64,000 bases of DNA from Octopus vulgaris (lineage: Eukaryota): assembly GCA_951406725.2 (NCBI GenBank), contig OX597816.1, positions 139,562,001-139,626,000 of the forward strand. Reading direction: 5' to 3'. Under the pieces are notes generated by a model. That model saw nothing but the letters and a program-made list of their open reading frames with translations, searched no databases and was not told where the DNA came from. Below are positions 44,885 to 57,979 of the stretch, piece by piece; the first letter of the stretch is position 1; each line of letters opens with the position of its first letter. Made by a program: the position numbers and the translations under genes.

Positions 44885-44940
44885 AAATGGAATGGACGAT
44901 ATTCCTTATTTTAAATCACTTCAAATTGTTTCGACACATT
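44885..44940 (-). mobile_element. truncated relative of the 60715-60890 hammerhead element
   Basis: ATGGAATGGACGAT..AATTGTTTCGACACATT resembles ATGGAGTTGACGAC..AATTGTTTCGACGCATT. Confidence 0.55.
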
Positions 44941-45005
44941 TATACCTATAGTATAAGATATTCTGGATGTATGTGAGATATTTTGTATATATGTATGTAT
45001 GTATG

Positions 45006-45097
<92 letters not shown>

Positions 45098-45222
45098 CCG
45101 AAATTACTACGATGATCCGGTTCTTGACTGAAGACTGAGGGTTTCGAATGTCCTGTCCGTGTTTATTGTATCGTCTTCTAAGAGTTATACGTTCTTGTCC
45201 ATGTTGTATTTTTCTACATACC

Positions 45223-45265
<43 letters not shown>

Positions 45266-45282
45266 ATATGTATGTATATATG

Positions 45283-45334
<52 letters not shown>

Positions 45335-45348
45335 TGTATGTATGTATG

Positions 45349-45408
<60 letters not shown>

Positions 45409-45411
45409 AAA

Positions 45412-45771
45412 GGCGCATGGCTCAATGTGAAGGCGCATGGCTCAGTGGTTAGAGCGTCGAGCTTACGACCGTGAGGTTGTGAGCTCGACTCCCGGACCGG
45501 GCTGCGTGTTGTGTTCTTGAGCAAGGCACTTTATTTCACGTTGCTCCAGTTCACTCAGCTGTAGAAATGAGTTGCGACGTCACTGGTGCCAAGCTGTATC
45601 GACCTTTGTCTTTCCCTTGGATAACACTGGTGGCGTGGAGTGGGGAGGCTGGTATGCATGGGCGACTGCTGGTCTTCCATAAACAACCTTGCCCGGACTT
45701 GTGTCTAGGAGGGTAACTTTCTAGGTGCAATCCCATGGTCATTCATGACCGAAGGGGTCTTTACCTTTTTA

Positions 45772-45772
<1 letters not shown>
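45412..45772 (+). mobile_element. SINE family D with duplicated 5' end
   Basis: A-box TGGCTCAGTGG, B-box-like GCTCGACTCC, CORE-like TTGAGCAAGGCACTT; AGGCGCATGGCTCA duplicated. Confidence 0.85.
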
Positions 45773-45814
<42 letters not shown>

Positions 45815-45819
<5 letters not shown>

Positions 45820-46296
45820 TAAATGAAATAAAACATATGCATATATATAAACATATATGTACGTACCTACCTCTACATGTACATATACACGCATATATGA
45901 GTACAGGACACCAAAGGGACGCCGAACACAAAGAGAAACGAAAACATAGACACAAACCAAAGGAACTGGACATTTTTTTAAAAACAACAAAAAATGGTAA
46001 AAAAACAGGACAGTAACGACAGTACAAAAATATAAACAGTAAAAGACAGGACAGGGAAAAACAAGATAAGAAGGGCTGTTGACGCCGAACGAAAAAAGTA
46101 TTGCAAACGCAGAATTTTTTGTGAACGACAGGGGAGCAGGAAGAATGTCGTCCAGTTACCTTGAAAGGCCAGGCCAGAAAGACAGTCAGAGCGGAAGTAT
46201 CGTCGCGGGCGGACGACGGGAAGGAGGAGGAGGAGCAAGAGGAAGGGAGAGAAGAAGGGGAATGGCTGCGAGGAAACCATGAAGAATGATGAGGGG
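45815..46296 (-). mobile_element. (TA)n-embedded repeat, same family as 15393-15780
   Basis: Reverse-complement homology. Confidence 0.75.
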
Positions 46297-46297
46297 G

Positions 46298-46525
46298 AGG
46301 AACTGTAAAAATCTGTAAAACTTTCCAGAAGTTTATCATTTAAGTATATATGACCATGTCTAGATATACAGGTATATTACATGAGGTATATTACATAAAA
46401 CAAAACATGGAAATCTACTCGTATTCATAAATACATCAAAAATACCCTGTTGATGTTGAAATTCCTTCATTGAAAACGGTTCTTTCTCTATTGGCAAGAA
46501 ATTTTGAAATAAAACTGAATAATGA
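46298..46525 (+). mobile_element. R4/Dong-like 3' end, second copy
   Basis: GTVKICKTFQKFII* then 3' UTR TATTGGCAAGAAAT..AATAAAACTGAA, then (CATA)n. Confidence 0.7.
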
Positions 46526-46659
46526 TATACATACATACGTACATACATACATAAATACATCCATCCATCCATCCATACTTATACATCGTTGAAACACGTT
46601 TGCGATTATCCATTTTTGATTTGATTATTTTTCCTGTGTGTAAGTATGTATGTAGATAT

Positions 46660-46699
<40 letters not shown>

Positions 46700-46713
46700 C
46701 ATACATACATACA

Positions 46714-46745
<32 letters not shown>

Positions 46746-47077
46746 GTTTTCTTGTACTTGTACACGTATATACATTGACTTGTTGCTGAATGCTAGTAAT
46801 CATGGTCTAATATTGCAGTTTGAGTGCTAATTTTATGTTATCTTCTTCTGAATGGAATTGACGTAAGTTTTATATCACTTTCGGTTTTATTAGCCAAATG
46901 CTAATGCAGATGACATTCATTTTTTCATAGACATAATCTACTTTAAGAGAAGGTATATAATTCTTTCTTTTCATGAGCTAATCTAGTGAAAATGGCGTCA
47001 TTGAGAATTCCATTTCCCTTCTTTCAATTAATTAATATATTTACTTCATTTTTGTTTTCATTTTATGCCTGACTCTA

Positions 47078-47128
<51 letters not shown>

Positions 47129-47409
47129 CATTGTTATTATTCATCTTAAATTTTCTATTTATCCTGATATCTATTTTTGTCAATCTGTCAAAATGCTTTT
47201 GTATATTTTAGTCTTATAGGATTTAATAGTTTCTGAATTTTTTGAAAATGTTTTTCAATCAATTCGTTATGTAAAGTGAAATGCTGCACAGATAGCCTTG
47301 AACAATCAGACAGATAAAACTAGTAGTGGCAACTCGTAAAGTTTACAGCTTCAAAATTAGAACACATTCTCCATTTTTTATCTACGTTGTAATCACTAGA
47401 ATTTGTCAC

Positions 47410-47451
<42 letters not shown>

Positions 47452-47469
47452 AAGAGAGAGAGGTGAGGG

Positions 47470-47475
47470 AGATAG

Positions 47476-47564
<89 letters not shown>

Positions 47565-47631
47565 CAGACAAACAAACAGGCAGGCAGATAGACAGACAGA
47601 CAGACATACATACAGACAGACATACATACAT

Positions 47632-47720
<89 letters not shown>

Positions 47721-47751
47721 CAAACAGGCAGGCAGACAGACAGACAGATAA

Positions 47752-47792
<41 letters not shown>

Positions 47793-47897
47793 AAGACTGA
47801 CAGACAGGCAGATAGACAGACAGATAGATAGACAGACAGACATACAAACTAACTGACAGACTTACAGACAGGCTGATAGTCAGACAGACAAATAGAC

Positions 47898-47940
<43 letters not shown>

Positions 47941-47943
47941 CAG

Positions 47944-48005
<62 letters not shown>

Positions 48006-48010
48006 TAGAT
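47470..48010. repeat. (GATA)n/(GACA)n compound microsatellite
   Basis: Direct reading. Confidence 0.95.
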
Positions 48011-48895
48011 AACCTTCTTTATTGGCCACACAGGGCTGCACACAGATGGGACAAGTTACAAGGTAGAGCTTTTCTTTTGGGAGATGAAAAAAAAAACAAA
48101 AGAAACAAAAAATAAAGGTGGCGTAGGTTTTCGATCAAAAGGGGTCGTAAAAGGGAAAAAGAACAAAAAAAAAAAAATAGAATAAAATAAAAAAAAAGAA
48201 GAAAAGGAAAAGGAACAAAAGAAAAGAGAAATGAAAAAGGAGATAAAAGGGGGAAAAGGGGAAGAGGAAAAAAAAACGATCAATAGGGATCGTGTATCAC
48301 AGTGTTATGATATATGGTGTAAAGGGGAAAGCAAGTAAGGTTTATCCGTGGGAAGAAAAGCCTACGAAAAAGACCACGGTAACCTTGGTCAATATTGTTA
48401 TATGTTACCACATTTGTTTGCAAGTGGGTAACCCTCTGTTTTCAATTTCTGGGTTGATAGGATTATGCTCAAGGTGGCTTCGTCATTCATACGTGCCATC
48501 CTTGCTACATTCACCCATCTTTTTTTTAAACTAGACAAAACTTGCCTCTCTACTCTCACTTTCCTTTTCAAGTGGTACTTGAAGAAGTTGATGAGAGATT
48601 GACCAGAGAGGAAAGTGTTTGTCTCCAATCCTTTCAGACGCGTCCACCAGATACATTCTTTCGCCATAGCCACAAGGATGATGAAAATAGCTCTTCCTTC
48701 CCGTTTGAAGGAGGGAGGCGTGACAATATTGACGATAGACTCAGCTGATAAACCGACTCGTCCCACACGTGACAGCAGTTGTTCGACACAAGCCCACAGG
48801 TCGGAAATTGTTGGACACTGCACGAGTGCGTGCAGAACGGTTTCGTCGCTCTGACCGCATCTCGGGCAGGTCGGCCCCGTGTTTCTCGAGCCGTA
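48011..48895 (-). mobile_element. 5'-truncated L1/Tx1-clade LINE (ORF2 C-terminus and 3' UTR)
   Basis: Minus frame TCPRCGQSDETVLHALVQCP (CCHC zinc knuckle, 48868-48815), then LW..AKECIWWTR..KRW; 3' UTR ends AATAAAGAAGGTT directly into (ATCT/GTCT)n. Confidence 0.8.
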
Positions 48896-48900
48896 TGATT

Positions 48901-49275
48901 AGCTGTGTGGTAGGTAGCTTCTTTACCAACTACATGGTTCTGGGTTCAGTCCCACTGCGTAGCACCTTGGGCAAGTGTCTTCTACTATAGCCTCGGGCCG
49001 ACCAAAGCCTTGTAAGTGGATTTGGTAGATGAAAACTGAAAGAAGCCCGTTGTATATATATATATATATATGCACATCTTTGTGTGCCTGTGTTTGTCCC
49101 GCACCATCGCTTGACAACCGATGTTGGTGTGTTTACGTCCCCATAACTTAACGGTTCGATAAAAAAAGTCCGATAGAATAAGTACTAAGGTTACAAAGAA
49201 TAAGACCTGGGCGGTGCTCCAATATGGCCACATTCACATAACTGAACCAAATAAAAGGGTAAAAGAATAAAAGAA
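48901..49275 (+). mobile_element. SINE family B
   Basis: Family match. Confidence 0.85.
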
Positions 49276-49541
49276 TATACATATACACACACACGCAAAC
49301 ACATATACGCATATGTATATATATATATACAACATAAGGTATGTACTTATATATATACTGAGGTTACTACATGAGTACTTAGATCGCTAAAAATAGAAGT
49401 GAAAAATACTTATGTGCCACGGAATATGCACAAATCTACTACAGGCCTCGTGTGTGTGTGTATATATGTGTGTGTATGTGTGTGTGGGGGGGGGGGGAAT
49501 TCAAGGTAGAAAATGCTAAAATAATTTTATAAAAAGCATTT

Positions 49542-49577
49542 CAGTACCGGTTTCAGTCATTGAGACTTTTTCAACTG
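49542..49577 (-). ncRNA. minimal type I hammerhead with U3-A8 core
   Basis: Minus: CAG-TTGAAAA-AGTC TCAAT GACT-GAA-ACCGGT-A-CTG. Confidence 0.65.
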
Positions 49578-49887
49578 TAAGTATGGAAAACAAATAAATT
49601 TTTGAAAAATTAAAAGTAAAGTTTTTTTAAAAGAATATTTGCATAGTATTCAAATACAAGGGGCATTTTATTTGTTTCTGCCTGTCTCGGTCACTCTTGT
49701 TTACTCTTATATATTTAAATGGCACACAAAATTATAATGTTTTTTTTTTATTTTGTTACAATTTTATTTTTATATATTCTTAAAGGCTATCTTTCCAATT
49801 TTTAAAATTCTTTGGTATTTATAGTTTTATGTATTTCAGAAAAAATATCACTACCAAAGGATAAGTGAACACATATCGTCCTATAAT

Positions 49888-50095
49888 GGATTTCAAATTT
49901 TGGCACTAGGTCAGCGATTTCGGGGTAGGGGTAAGTCGATTACGTTGACGCCAGTGCTCGACTGGCACTTATTTTATTGACCCCGAAAGGGATAAAGGGA
50001 AAATCAACCTCGGCGCAGTTTGAACTCAGAACGTGAAGACTGACAAAATGCTGCTCAGCATTCTGTGTGCTAACAATTCTACCAGCTCGCCCCTT
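49888..50095 (-). mobile_element. SINE family A
   Basis: Family match. Confidence 0.8.
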
Positions 50096-50451
50096 GGAAA
50101 AAAATGGTTTAATACAACGCTAACTCCGTTCTGTTGTCCGAGTATCTAGTTCAACTGCCCAGGGTGGTTGAGTTGGTGGTCAACATTAACGGATGGGCTG
50201 AGTAGCAGACCAGTGATCCTTGAATCTATAAGCCGTGGTAGTCAACGAAGTGACTGGGGATTAAATGTTGGTGGTTAATGGCTTCAGTGGGGTTAAGTAC
50301 GTAACGTGCGGTGAGGAGGTGGGAGGCAGCGAAGTATGAGGGAAGAACAGAAATAGGAGGCGAGGAGAAGCTAAAATGGCTAAAGTGACCATGGTTATTT
50401 GCCGATTTATATCAATGCTAAAGGGACGTTTGGATCACCGTGTTTTGTTTC

Positions 50452-50486
<35 letters not shown>

Positions 50487-50493
<7 letters not shown>

Positions 50494-51574
50494 CGTGTTA
50501 AAGTTGTCGTATTTGGGTAATTTCAATCAATCAACGACATGTATTCGGTTGAACAAAGCTACTGCTGTTTACGATAGTAATCGAAGAGGAACAACGTCAG
50601 GGTCATCTCTACTAAATGTCACCACGCTGTTCGAAGAATCACCATAGAGCAACGAAACCGCAGTTAGCTTTTTTGTTGTTGACGTATATGTAGTTTCAAA
50701 ATGCCTTATTTCACAACTATGTGATGTATTGTTATTGTCTTGAGTTTTCAACAGCAAACACATTTCGTCAATATAAAAGTCTTTATTAGGGCGGCGAGCT
50801 GGGAGAAACGTTAGCACACCAGGCAAAATGCTTAGCGTATTTCGTCTGTCGCTACGTTCTGAGTTCAAATTCCGCCGAGGTCGACTTTATCTTTCATCCT
50901 TTCTGGGTCGATTAAATAAGTACCAGTTACGCACTGGGGTCGATATAATCGAGTGTGTCTGTCCTTGTTTGTCCTTTCTGTGTTTAGCCCCTTGTGGGTA
51001 GTAAAGAAATAGGCATTTCGTCTGCCGTTACGTTCTGAGTTCAAATTCCGCCGAGGTCGACTTTGCCTTTCATTCTTTCGGGGTCGAGTAATAAGTACCA
51101 ATTGTGTACTGGGGTCGATGTAATCGACTTAATTCTTTTGTCTGTCATTGTTTGTCCCCTCTTTTGTTTGTCATTTTGTCTGTCATTGTTTGTTTAGCCC
51201 CCTGTGGGTAATAAAGAAATAAATATAGAAGTCTTTCTAGATTAAGATGACATTATCGAAACATGAAGGTAAAACAAAACAAATAGTGGCTTATACACCA
51301 GAAAATACGGTAATTGTGGAAGTGACAAGTTCGCTCGCTGGTTGCTAGTTGATAGTGTATACGGGAGGGAAAGAGTAAGGAATGCACGGCACCGACTAGA
51401 AAGGAAGAAAGGATAAAGGTGACGCATAGAACAGAGTGATGACATTTAGTAGAGATGACCTAGAAGTCGTTCCTCTTCGATTACAATCGCAAACAGCAGT
51501 GACTTTTTTCAACCGAGTACATAACGCTGATTGGTTGAAATTACCCAAATACGACAACTTTAACACGAAATAAC
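50487..51574. mobile_element. MITE with about 157-bp TIRs
   Basis: Arms 50487-50643 and 51418-51574; termini GTTATTTCGTGTTAAAGTTGTCGTATTTGGGTAATTTCAA are exact inverses. Confidence 0.85.
50788..51222 (+). mobile_element. SINE family A tandem dimer nested in the MITE
   Basis: Two units joined at GAAATAGGCATTTCG; TSD-like AATATA(A/G)AAGTCTTT on both sides. Confidence 0.88.
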
Positions 51575-51711
51575 TTCTAAAATAGGAAATTTCGTCAAAA
51601 ACGTTCAGAGTAAACTGTGTTCTACCTGAGAAATTCTATCAGTATTTGAAGTTTCAAATTGTTTAGTTAAAAAAATAATCTAAAAATCTGTGATTGAGAT
51701 GGAATACATCC

Positions 51712-51802
<91 letters not shown>

Positions 51803-51891
51803 TAATGTTTGTTTTTATGTCAAGTTACGTATAAAATACAATTTAACATTTAACTGAAGAATTAAAAAATGCTGAAGAATTAAAAAAAACC

Positions 51892-51997
51892 TCGAAGTCA
51901 CTATCAACGTTGATAGTGACTTCGAAGTTTCGACTTACACGCCTTCATTTTATCTGATGAAGGCGAGTAAGCCGTAACTTCGAAGTCACTATTCAAC
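51892..51997. repeat. double fold-back containing two back-to-back hammerhead remnants
   Basis: 34-bp palindrome 51892-51925. Plus: CTGATGA-A-GGC GAGTAA GCC-GTA-ACTTCGAAGT-C-ACTAT. Minus: ATGA-A-GGC GTGTAA GTC-GAA-ACTTCGAAGT-C-ACTAT. Confidence 0.75.
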
Positions 51998-52802
51998 TTT
52001 TTTCTTATAATATATATATAATGGTATTATTCATTTGATGTTGACTTAGACACTGCAAATTTTTACTAAATGCATTAGATAAAGTAGAAGTTAAATAAAT
52101 TTTGTAACGACTAGTGACATATCAGAAGGGTATGGTTTCTTAAAATCATTATTAGTTAAGGAATACAAACAAAGTCGATGACATAAGCTGTAAAATATGA
52201 TGACATACCGGCAGGGTATTGATGTTTAGATAAGTTAATCAAGGCAACACCTGGGGGGGATTTGAAAAGTGTTTTATTTATAAATTGTCTTGTTGAAGTA
52301 AATGTCATTCACTCTGTTTAAATCCGTGACAAATAGAAATATCTACCGTTTTACTTTTTCTCTGAGTGTGATTAGTTATATTCTATAGCAACAAAAGCAG
52401 AAAAGTTCTAGATCACGGCAATAAAATAATTCAAAATATCTTCCTGAACAAAACACGTAGCTGAGACACAGTTATTTTCGAAACATACCACATATGTATT
52501 ACCAGTCAAACATCACCAACATAACACAAGCAGATACAGCTGCTATACACACCGATATAGACAACTAACGAAGTGCTAAGACGGCAATACGTCATCATCA
52601 TTTGCCCTAACTTGTTCGTATTTGCCTAACTGGATCACGCTACTTATCACAGTCACAATAAAACATCGCATGCAAATTTATCAATGAAAGTTTTTTTCTA
52701 AGCGGGTGACTCGTGTAGATTCCTTTCCGGGCTCTAAGGCGTATATCAGTAATGAGTTCTTGTTTGCCTCTCAATCACTCCTTCTAAAGACATCAGTAAT
52801 GT

Positions 52803-52870
<68 letters not shown>

Positions 52871-52911
52871 TGTGTGTATGTGTGTGTTTACTTAGATGTT
52901 TTCACTAGAAG

Positions 52912-53080
52912 ATATGTGCCCTTGTGTGAAGTGTGCGTGTATGTATATGGTCATGTGTTTCAATCTTCATTTGCGCATGTACGTGTGTATATGTGCTTGT
53001 CTTTGTGACAAAGCAAACAGGGTGAACATGTGGTACAAAACCGACAAATATAAAGGAGTGATGTTTGAAGAGGCTACAAG
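52912..53080 (+). repeat. diverged direct duplicate of 55396-55555
   Basis: Both encode DKAN.VN.WY.TDKYKGVMFEE and share the upstream flank. Confidence 0.85.
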
Positions 53081-53692
53081 CAAATATAAGCACCATCTAG
53101 CCTTGCCTTCAGGTATTTAGTGAATGTCCGTGTAGTGAACTCTTATTCCTAAACGACAACGAAGGAGTTTATTTTAAGATCATCAGATAAATATGATTCC
53201 CAGATGATACTCAGACCATCAAGAACAGCCAATGCTTTTGTGGGGCAAATTTTTACAACTTTTTCTGTGAATGCACTTTTACTTCTTAGGTACACGACAG
53301 AGTCTGTATATTTTAGAGGCTTTTGTTTGATTATGCTTGTTAATTGTTCCTGATTGGAGCAGATTGGTTCGGTCTTTAAGGCATTAAAGCAGAGACCAAT
53401 ATCTGGCCTCTTTTTGTATGGTGTTATTTTATGAAACTTTTAATCTTTATTAAGTTATAACTATCACTTATAAACAACTGATTTAAAAATATATTCTCAA
53501 AATTAACAAAAACAAAATATCACTTACGATGGCATAAGCATTAAATCGAAATATTTGATTTTAAAACGATATTAGAGAATAAGGTTAATCTATAAAATTA
53601 AGCGGGAAATGCAAGTTACAGCTAATACAGATTATTAATCTCATAAGCAAAGAAATAGGATTAAAAAGCAAGAATATGTTGAAAAATATCAA

Positions 53693-53756
<64 letters not shown>

Positions 53757-53762
<6 letters not shown>

Positions 53763-54064
53763 ATCACGTGACCGATCAAACCATCAGATGTTGTTACACA
53801 TCACTGGTCACAATGCGTTCGCATTGTTTTAGCCTTCGAATGACGCCACCCCGCTGGCTAAGCGAGCAGGCCAACAGAAGAAAGAGTGGGAGAAAGAGTG
53901 GTGAAAGAGTACAGCAGGGATCACCCCCCCCCCCTGCCGGAGCCTCGTGGAGCTTTTAGGTGTTTTCGCTCAATAAACACTCACAACGCCCGGTCTGGGA
54001 ATCGAAACTGCGATCCTGCGACCGCGAGTCCGCTACCCTAACCACTGGGCCATTGCGCCTCCAC
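53757..54064 (-). mobile_element. SINE family C with alternative 3' tail
   Basis: 53875-54064 matches family C; 53757-53875 is unrelated to the tail of the 23909 and 36944 copies. Confidence 0.85.
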
Positions 54065-54065
54065 A

Positions 54066-54167
<102 letters not shown>

Positions 54168-55489
54168 AGATACTAGCAATGCTAGAGTTCATAATAATTT
54201 GGAAAATAATGACATCGATATTACTATGCATATTCAAAGCACTCTAATTCAAAATATAACATCTCACAAATGCATTCATTGCCAGTTGATAAGCGAGCAG
54301 AGATAAGCGCTGTCGATGGAATACATACTAGAAGCAACCAGTAATAAATTTACCACACAAATATAGAAATATACAGAGACGATAGGTTGACTGTGTCACA
54401 ACACATGAATGAATGCACACTGAATACCTTTAAAAACACCTATAGGCACATTTAATTTAAGCTTAGCTAATGACCATTAGTAATAAACTTAGTTTCGTAC
54501 ATTTCTAAAACATCATTCTAAATTTAAACACGGATAAATGCAAAAACTAATGAAAATTTTACATGCATTCATATCATCTCCTGCCACCCAATCCATGCAT
54601 TTTAAAAACTTCATGATGGACCTTAGTGAAAGCTTCTCCAACTTCTGATGATATAAAGAAATCTTTGTAAAGGTAATCCCGTTATAATAATAATAGTGAT
54701 TTAGAAAATAGCTCATTGAATGTAAAGTTGATTTACTCCATTAACCGCTTATTGTCCTATATTAAGAATAGACTTTGGTAATATCTATTTTGCATCTTTT
54801 CCTTTAAATGTTCTGTAAAATTTTACCAAAAGTTTAGGAAAACTACTAGATAAACCTTACCCAGATAACTCTCGTTACAGCAAACTGTCCATCAGGAATA
54901 GTATATTAATAAAGTACGGCCCCCCCCTCTCGTCATGAAAAATGTAAGTCGTAAGCCAACAAAATTAATAGAGGATAATTGTACACGAATACCAATTCAT
55001 TCTCACTCAATAAATTATGCAATTCAGAAGCAACAATGTAGGAAGCAGCTATTTTCTTCTAAAGAGAGAGCAAATATTACATTTGTATGGTGGAAGTTAG
55101 CTTCATTCAGCTGTAAATCACCCTTCAGCATCATAGAATCCAACAAAATTATTCATTTATATCAGGCGTTCAAGACTGCTGGACACTGGATTTAACATGA
55201 TATAGGAAAATGTAGAACAATGGGGACCATAAACTACTGAACAGAAAAGACAACCTTTGTTACCCAATCAACCCACATAAATCCTTTTTCCGATTCGATT
55301 TTTCGTTATTCAGGGGGAGACTACCCATTTATACCGCTAACAATAATACAGATACAATGAACATGACCGTCTGTTATGTATGGGTATGTGTCTCCATATG
55401 TGTCTTTGTGTGAAGTGTGCGTGTGTGTATATGGTCATATGTTTCAGTCTTCATTTGCGTATGTATGGTTGTATGTGTGCTTGTCTTTG

Positions 55490-55730
55490 GGACAAAGCAA
55501 ATAGCGTGAACATCTGGTACAACACCGACAAATATAAAGGAGTGATGTTTGAAGAGAACTAGGCAGTAGATTTCGGAGAGCTCTCAAGGAGGCCAAACTC
55601 AACATTAAGATAGTTGAAAAGCCAAGGAGTTCCATCAGATCACAACTATGTGGGACTAACCCTTTCAGAATACCACATGCAACAACGATAACAGCATGGT
55701 ATGTAGGATTAGCCCTGGCATTAACTGAGA
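55490..55730 (+). pseudogene. Penelope-like element ORF fragment (RT thumb to Cys linker), frameshifted
   Basis: WYNTDKYKGVMF / ELGSRFRRALKEAKLNIKIVEKPRSSIRSQLCGTNPF / CNNDNSMVC resembles the PLE region upstream of GIY-YIG; recognition by eye only. Confidence 0.55.
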
Positions 55731-55984
55731 GAATATGACGACAAAAAACAGTCCTCTAATCCTCCATACTCTACCAACATGCCAATGACCAGCATGGAGG
55801 CAACCTGGGTCAACTTGACATCCGCATTTTATCCCAGCACCCAAAGGACCCAACCCTCTGACAATGCCTGTGCAAGAAGATATTTTTTTAAGTGAGGAAA
55901 GGCTGTGCACTGAGTCAATCCCACTCACTAAGCAACAGCAGCCATAATCCGAAAAGAAGAACAAGTCAACATCATCGGTAACCA

Positions 55985-56350
55985 CTGAGCCGCAGGTTTT
56001 ATATCGGAGTTATCCCAGTTACCTGAGTTGCCTTCTCCCAGAAGGATGCCCTGACAAAGGCTAGGAGTCCTTCATTCCCAATGGTTTAACTGCGAGATCG
56101 GGTATTCAATCCGATTATTTCTATGTCCCCGCGCATGACATAGCTTTAAGACATTTATTGGATGGCCGTTGACTCTCAAGAGTTCCTCCGCCCATTGACG
56201 GGTTTTGTTTTTCATCCCGCAGGGTGACCAATAAACACCCTCCTCACCAAGCGAGCTTGGTGGGGTTGCCGGTTTAGTCGCCGACGACCCGACCATGCAA
56301 CAGGTAGTACTGGGTTACATGTTACCAGTAGCACTCGAAAGTGACCTAAC
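55985..56350 (-). mobile_element. RTE-like LINE 5' UTR fragment
   Basis: Minus GGAGAAGGCAACTC..TAAACC motif resembles RTE leaders; diverged partial copy at 56705-56780. Confidence 0.4.
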
Positions 56351-56354
56351 ATAA

Positions 56355-56388
<34 letters not shown>

Positions 56389-56873
56389 CATAAACACATA
56401 CCATACATACATATATACATGCATACATATCGTCGCCGTCGTTATGTATCGTACGTTTTTTGCAACGCATTGCTGAATCTGCATCAATGTTTTCCCGATT
56501 AAGTACGAATTCTCCTATCGGATGAAGACATAGCATTACTTCATTCTGATTTTATCACTGGGCTTTCTTAGCAGAAATATTGGGGTGATTTGCAATTCCT
56601 TTCCCCAAATGGATGGCCGTTGGCACGCAAGAAGCTCATCCATGTCATGTTTGTAGTCATGCTGGTATTCAGACACACTTTTCACAAGTTCAGCAAGCTA
56701 CTCTCGTGGGTGAGTCGGTCTGGTCACCGGCCACTCGACCACGAAGCAGGTAGTACTCGTTTACATGATACCAGTAGCGGTTTTCATCAACTAGTGAGGA
56801 GATTTCTGGTCTGACTATAATATACATACACATAATATACACATATAAGCACGTAGTTATATACATACATACA

Positions 56874-56955
<82 letters not shown>

Positions 56956-57519
56956 ACATGCTGAATTTTTAGACATGTCTATATATATATGTATATATAT
57001 GCATGTATGCATGCATGTATGTATGCATGTATGTATGTATGTATGTATGTATGTATGTATGTATGTATGTATGTATGTATGTATGTATGTATGTATGTAT
57101 GTATGTATGTATGTATGTACGTATGTATGTATGTATGTTTGTATGTATATACATACATTTAACGTATACCGTATACAGTTATTCCACATTTTGCACCCAC
57201 CTTCTCTGTTTCTCATAATTTCTATTGTTCTCTTTCCTGATTTGTAACTAGTGTTGGCCATGTGTTTGGAGCTTAACATTGCTTGGAGACCCTAGGCGTG
57301 ATATTAAAAGCTGCCAAGAAAGCATCTCCAACTATTAGTACCTCACAACTAAATACTGTGTACATTATGTAATATATATACATACATATATGCATACACA
57401 CACATGTATGTATATATATATATATACACGTGAATTACTCGTGACTCGTGAATTTCATTACAAACAACATGGACCAAATTTCTTCTTAAAAAAAATATAT
57501 ATTCATATAAGTTAAACAT

Positions 57520-57556
57520 TATATCATGAATAGCGATTGCGAAACCGGTCGATATA
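57520..57556 (+). ncRNA. minimal type I hammerhead with A3-U8 core
   Basis: TATATC-ATGAATA-GC GATT GC-GAA-ACCGGT-C-GATATA; element 57425-57670 between (TA)n runs. Confidence 0.62.
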
Positions 57557-57665
57557 TTAAAAATTATATTATAACCATGAAAGTGTGCGTATTTTCCTTT
57601 TTTAATTTCTTATATACGTTACAATCCACCACGTGGGGACAACCGAAATTCTTCTTTTCTGTTAC

Positions 57666-57736
<71 letters not shown>

Positions 57737-57880
57737 ATATAAATGGAACAAAAACACAATAGAGGACAGGCAAAAAACGATGGGTCATTGGTGGCTTTCT
57801 TTCCTCAGTCAAGTACCAGAAGTCACGACCATTTCGGGCAGTTACGCTTGAGATGCTTTGATACATACATGCATACACAC

Positions 57881-57979
<99 letters not shown>

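Noticed and set aside
45094-45150. GAAA...CTGAAGA type II candidate (similar order at 57800-57840 minus)
   Set aside because: Stems I and II too weak.
45432-45500. tRNA genes
   Set aside because: A/B boxes belong to SINE heads that continue into repeat bodies.
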